In this document: one piece after another, positions 25,137-28,848 of the stretch | Numbering within the stretch: position 1 is the stretch's first letter | How the letters are laid out: every line of letters starts with the position of its first letter | Assembly (NCBI GenBank): GCA_965366305.1 | Contig: CBDUEX010000001.1 | Span: 1-28,848 of the forward strand | Length of the DNA stretch: 28,848 nt | From: an uncultured Bacteroidia bacterium | GTDB taxonomy: Bacteria > Bacteroidota > Bacteroidia > NS11-12g > UBA9320 | Direction of reading: 5' to 3' | Notes under the pieces: model-generated | Told to the model about the DNA's origin: nothing | Databases searched by the model: none | Seen by the model: the letters and a program-made list of their open reading frames with translations, nothing else | Position numbers and translations under genes: made by a program

Positions 25137-27479
25137 TTATAATCCTATTTTTTTTGCTTTGTACTTTACTAATAACGTGTCCAATACCACTACTGAAATA
25201 GAGCTAATTGGCATAAGTATTGCCGCTATAATGGGCGTTAATAAACCCATAACCGCAAATGAAACTCCTGCAATATTGTAGATTAGAGAAAACACTAAAC
25301 TTAATTGCAAAATGGTTTTAGAATAGCGTGCTAACTCAAAAAACTTGGGTAAGTCAGTAAAGTTTTCTGAAATAAGAACTCCATCTGAACCTGGATAAAA
25401 ACCATTTAAGTTTTCCGTAATTGCTATACCAAAATCTCCAACTTGAATTGCTGAACTATCGTTTAATCCGTCACCCACCATCAATACTGGTGTTTGCGAT
25501 TTAATCTTTTCAATTTCAATTGCTTTTTGCTTCGGTTTTAAGTTGAACATAAGCTTAGTAAATCCACTATATAATTGCTGTAGCGTTGTGGCATCAGAAT
25601 CATTATCGCCACTTAAAACAGATATTTTATAATTTTTACCGAGTCTTTTTAATGTTGCCCCTAGTCCATTTCTATATGCCGAAACTATTTGAAAGTGTCC
25701 TACTATAATTTCATCTATAGAAACATATACTGAAGATGCCTTTGAGTCAGATTGTTCTGTTTTTAACCATTTAGATGAACCTAATTTAACCGCTTTCCCA
25801 TCTACTGTCCCTGATATGCCTTTGCCCGGTATTTCTTCAAAGTTGTCTACTTCTAATCTCGAATAAGAAGTTAAACTAGATGCAATTATGTTACTTATAG
25901 GGTGATTGCTCTGTTTAGCAAGCGAGTGAATTACTCGTAAATGATTGTCACTTAATTTAGGCCCTATAAAATTAATAGTTATCGCTTCTTTTTCAGTTAG
26001 TGTTCCAGTTTTATCAAATACCACGTGTTTGATCTTACTAAGTGTAGAAACTGAATCCGCATTTTTTATAAAGAAGTTGTTGTTAGAAAAAACCCTCAAA
26101 ATTCCTCCATAGGTAAACGGTGCACTTAACGCCAAAGCACATGGACAGGCAACAATTAAAACCGAGCTAAACACAAATGCCGCCTTGGAAGCATCAAAAT
26201 ACAGCCATGCAGCAGCAGAAATTATAGCAATTAGTACAACGGCAATTGTAAAATACCGGCTAATGTGGTTTGTCCAATGGGTTTCAAAGTTTTTGTTTCC
26301 TTGTTTTATGTTCCAAGTTTCCCATAACTTTTCAATGCTGGGAGCCTCACTCAATTCTATTTCGATCTCCGCCTCTTTCTGACAACCTCCTGCATATATA
26401 TTATTTGAAATTTTTACTTGCTCAGGAATACATTCACCGGTTATAAAAGAATAGTCTATTAATCCATTACCGCTCACTAGCTTACCGTTTACGGGAATGA
26501 TTTCACCGTGTTTAACAATAATAGTATCACCAATAGCTAATTGATCAATTCGTTCCCAGTCAATGGTGTTGTTAGCATTCTTTTTTCTAACAACCAATGG
26601 TATAAAATCTTGTATATTTCTATGATACGAAACTTGATCGTACACTTTGTGTTGAAACCATTTCCCGATTAATAAGAAGAAAACCAATCCCGCTAACGAA
26701 TCTAAATAACCGATTCCTGACCCACTTATAATTTCATATAAACTCCATCCAAACAAACTAATTAAACCCAAGCTAATAGGAATATTTATATGTGATTTAC
26801 CAGCTGCTAAAGCCCGATATGCAGATACCAAATATTCTCGTCCTGAATAAAACAAAACCGGAATACTGAGGAGAATTGACAGCAAACTAAAAAGACCTGC
26901 AAAAAATGCATCATTTGCTAGTCCTAAGCCAAGATAATGCGGCAAACTGTAGAGCATTATGTTCCCGAAACAGAAACCAGCTACTGCCAACTTTATTAAG
27001 TTTTGTTTGTTAAATTCTAGTTCTAAATCCTTTTGCTTCTGACCAAGGCTAATTTGAGGAGCATATCCAATATCCTCAAGTAATTGTGCCACATACGATA
27101 ATGGTGTTGACTTCTTTGCGGTTATGGTACATCTTCTCTGCTCAAAATTGACTCGGGCGGTTAAAATTCCGTCATGGAAAGATGGCAAATCTTCTAACAG
27201 TTCAATACATGAGGAGCAATGAATAGTTGGCAGAGAAATGCTAATTCTATACAATTCCGCATTCTCGTAATCCACCAATTGACTAAAATTCTCAGCAAGA
27301 TCATATTGCTTAAACTTTAAGCTGACATCCGATGTTGATCCCTTAATTTTGGTAACAACATCATCCAAGGTTGCACAACCATAACAGCAATAGAATTGAT
27401 TATTTATAACAACTACATCGTTATCACATGGTCCACTACAATAAGTGCACAATTGGTCTATGGACGTAGTTTGGGTCAC
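25137..27479 (-). CDS. ccoI: Copper-translocating P1B-type ATPase CcoI/FixI
   Basis: N-terminal CTYC..YCCYGC and HCSSC metal sites, TGE, CPC, DKTGT, HP, GDGLND, and TM motifs YN and MPISS; GTG start. Confidence 0.93.
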   Translation of the reverse strand: MTQTTSIDQLCTYCSGPCDNDVVVINNQFYCCYGCATLDDVVTKIKGSTSDVSLKFKQYDLAENFSQLVDYENAELYRISISLPTIHCSSCIELLEDLPSFHDGILTARVNFEQRRCTITAKKSTPLSYVAQLLEDIGYAPQISLGQKQKDLELEFNKQNLIKLAVAGFCFGNIMLYSLPHYLGLGLANDAFFAGLFSLLSILLSIPVLFYSGREYLVSAYRALAAGKSHINIPISLGLISLFGWSLYEIISGSGIGYLDSLAGLVFFLLIGKWFQHKVYDQVSYHRNIQDFIPLVVRKKNANNTIDWERIDQLAIGDTIIVKHGEIIPVNGKLVSGNGLIDYSFITGECIPEQVKISNNIYAGGCQKEAEIEIELSEAPSIEKLWETWNIKQGNKNFETHWTNHISRYFTIAVVLIAIISAAAWLYFDASKAAFVFSSVLIVACPCALALSAPFTYGGILRVFSNNNFFIKNADSVSTLSKIKHVVFDKTGTLTEKEAITINFIGPKLSDNHLRVIHSLAKQSNHPISNIIASSLTSYSRLEVDNFEEIPGKGISGTVDGKAVKLGSSKWLKTEQSDSKASSVYVSIDEIIVGHFQIVSAYRNGLGATLKRLGKNYKISVLSGDNDSDATTLQQLYSGFTKLMFNLKPKQKAIEIEKIKSQTPVLMVGDGLNDSSAIQVGDFGIAITENLNGFYPGSDGVLISENFTDLPKFFELARYSKTILQLSLVFSLIYNIAGVSFAVMGLLTPIIAAILMPISSISVVVLDTLLVKYKAKKIGL

Positions 27480-27511
27480 GATTTAATTAAGGTTCAAATG
27501 TCTTCTAGAAA

Positions 27512-27519
27512 CAAAGCTA
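27512..27519 (-). promoter_or_regulatory. Bacteroidota -7 promoter element for the cco operon
   Basis: Minus strand TAGCTTTG, a perfect TAnnTTTG, 32 nt upstream of the ccoI GTG. Confidence 0.7.
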
Positions 27520-27524
27520 ATGTT

Positions 27525-27538
27525 TTGAGCATTATCAG
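27525..27538. promoter_or_regulatory. FNR/CRP-like box, proximal
   Basis: TTGAG-CATT-ATCAG, 8/10 match to TTGAT-N4-ATCAA. Confidence 0.55.
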
Positions 27539-27546
27539 AAGATTAT

Positions 27547-27560
27547 ATGATATTCATCAA
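27547..27560. promoter_or_regulatory. FNR/CRP-like box, distal (overlaps the uspA stop codon)
   Basis: ATGAT-ATTC-ATCAA, 9/10 match to TTGAT-N4-ATCAA; centre 22 bp from the proximal box. Confidence 0.6.
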
Positions 27561-28348
27561 TGAGCTGGAATTACCAATAATGGTACACTTATATCGGCAC
27601 AAATGGTTTTAGTGATGCTGCGATTAAACAGATAATCCAAACGTGAATTTCTAGAATGATAAAGACTCAATATGTCTACATTGTTGTTGCTGAGGTAGTC
27701 ATTAATGCCGCCTACAACCTCCTGGTTTTCAACGACTTTTACGCCAATTTGGAAGCCTCTCAGCGGATAGCTTTTAGGTATCCCTCCTTGCGTTTCTTCA
27801 TTTAGAACTACCAACACATCTATGCTCGGCAATAACAATTTTAAACTATTTAAAAACTTCTCAATAAAGTCTACCTGCACTAATTCTTTTTTATCAGTAG
27901 CTAATACAAAATGGTGGACTGGTAGCTTTTCTTTAAGCTCTGGTATTGCAAATACAGGAAGCTTTGAAGTTCGAATTATTGATTCGGTAACGGATCCCAT
28001 AATTCTGGAACTAGCATTGGTTTCACCTTTGGTCCCCATTACTATTAAATCAATTTTCTGTGCTTTAGCATACACCTCAATCCAATCTTTTAAGTAGCCA
28101 TATTTAATATACTGCGTTGGCTTTTGCTGATAAACTTCTTGCACTTTTGCAAGCAACTCTTTCATATCCTTCTCAGCATCTTTCATCATCAATTGTTCCA
28201 ATCGAATCAGCACGCTTGCAGTAGAATGGGGTTGCTTTATAGCATGAACCAGCGTTACATTTATTTGCTCTTCTTTAAAATTATTATAAACGTAGTTTAT
28301 TGCGTGTTTTGAGTTGTCAGAAAAATCTGTTGGGATTAGAATATTCAT
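27557..28348 (-). CDS. uspA: Universal stress protein (tandem UspA domains)
   Basis: ILIPTDFSDNSKHA, DLIVMGTKGET..IMGSVTESIIRTSKLPVFAIP, second degenerate domain ending SVPLLVIP. Confidence 0.92.
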   Translation of the reverse strand: MNILIPTDFSDNSKHAINYVYNNFKEEQINVTLVHAIKQPHSTASVLIRLEQLMMKDAEKDMKELLAKVQEVYQQKPTQYIKYGYLKDWIEVYAKAQKIDLIVMGTKGETNASSRIMGSVTESIIRTSKLPVFAIPELKEKLPVHHFVLATDKKELVQVDFIEKFLNSLKLLLPSIDVLVVLNEETQGGIPKSYPLRGFQIGVKVVENQEVVGGINDYLSNNNVDILSLYHSRNSRLDYLFNRSITKTICADISVPLLVIPAH

Positions 28349-28358
28349 ACCTCTTTCA

Positions 28359-28730
28359 TTATGAAAATGTTTTTAAACTATCGGCACTAAGCTGCATTTG
28401 GTCTTGTAACGAATAGTTGTCCGTTCTTGTAGTTTCAATCCAATTTCTTCCCATCTTTCTAAAGACTTGAACATGCAAACCAAAGTCTGTTTCGAATGCA
28501 CTTTCTAACTCCGAAACTTTCATTTCAGCTGTAACCTTTAGTTCATTATCTTTTATTTTAGGGTTAAGGGTAGAGAAATGAACATTTTCAACTACCATAT
28601 CTTCTCTCGGCGAACCTTCAAGTCGATCATGAGATTTTGTAAAGAATTCAATTTTTAATCCTGTAAAAGCCTCAGAAAATTTTGACTTTATGTCGTTGAT
28701 ATTGCTATCTGAATGTATTTTCAATTCCAT
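28359..28730 (-). CDS. Small soluble protein of unknown function with an internal duplication
   Basis: 123-aa ORF co-directional with and 10 nt upstream of uspA; residues 2-30 and 63-90 align with each other. Confidence 0.8.
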   Translation of the reverse strand: MELKIHSDSNINDIKSKFSEAFTGLKIEFFTKSHDRLEGSPREDMVVENVHFSTLNPKIKDNELKVTAEMKVSELESAFETDFGLHVQVFRKMGRNWIETTRTDNYSLQDQMQLSADSLKTFS

Positions 28731-28735
28731 ATTTG

Positions 28736-28848
28736 CTACATTACTTTGGTTAAATAGTTCATATAATTGTCCTTCAGTTCATCGTAAATTTTAGAAAATG
28801 TAACCATACGGTCTACAAGCATGTCGTTTTCATTAGCCTTTCGGTGAT
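28736..28848 (-). CDS. C-terminal fragment of an unidentified protein (5'-truncated by window)
   Basis: Minus frame from 28846 reads HRKANENDMLVDRMVTFSKIYDELKDNYMNYLTKVM then TAG at 28738-28736, 5 nt before the next ATG; the other two minus frames stop early. Confidence 0.6.
   Translation of the reverse strand, partial: HRKANENDMLVDRMVTFSKIYDELKDNYMNYLTKVM

Noticed and set aside
289-28312. Many short 60-98 aa alternative-frame and antisense ORFs (e.g. 289-570, 6932-7228, 11352-11627, 13223-13507, 27822-28097)
   Set aside because: They lie within or across well-supported genes and show no recognisable motifs; consistent with shadow ORFs.
1-28848. CRISPR arrays, tRNA/rRNA genes and riboswitches
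   Set aside because: Intergenic gaps are all about 120 bp or shorter and show no repeat-spacer pattern or recognisable RNA-gene motifs.

Overview
A gene-dense, AT-rich chromosomal segment that looks like Bacteroidota (TAnnTTTG -7 promoter elements, fused ccoNO, ndk/nrnA/FKBP neighbourhood). Four blocks: (1) 1-10660 housekeeping and envelope genes (infB 3' end, fabH, mscS, corA, RimK-associated aspartic protease; convergent nrnA-FKBP-ABC exporter-hydrolase operon; ndk; C-terminal protease). (2) 10780-18611, a tightly coupled six-gene operon of unknown function: a TelA-like long coiled-coil protein, a soluble unknown, a classical-type AAA+ ATPase with an unusual DD Walker B, a DUF6638-like protein and two membrane proteins, followed by an acyl-CoA thioesterase. 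It has its own -7 promoter overlapped by a repeated 12-bp palindromic-core motif. This is the best candidate for an uncharacterised system, possibly an ATP-driven membrane-stress or membrane-remodelling machine; that function is inference only. (3) 19162-27479, a cbb3-type cytochrome c oxidase operon (ccoI-S-NO-Q-P-G-H-DsbD_2), including two small genes absent from the ORF track and tandem FNR-like boxes. (4) uspA and small unknown genes at the right end. I saw no tRNA, rRNA, CRISPR array, integrase or transposase. Family names come from motifs read in the translations and from memory; no searches were run.
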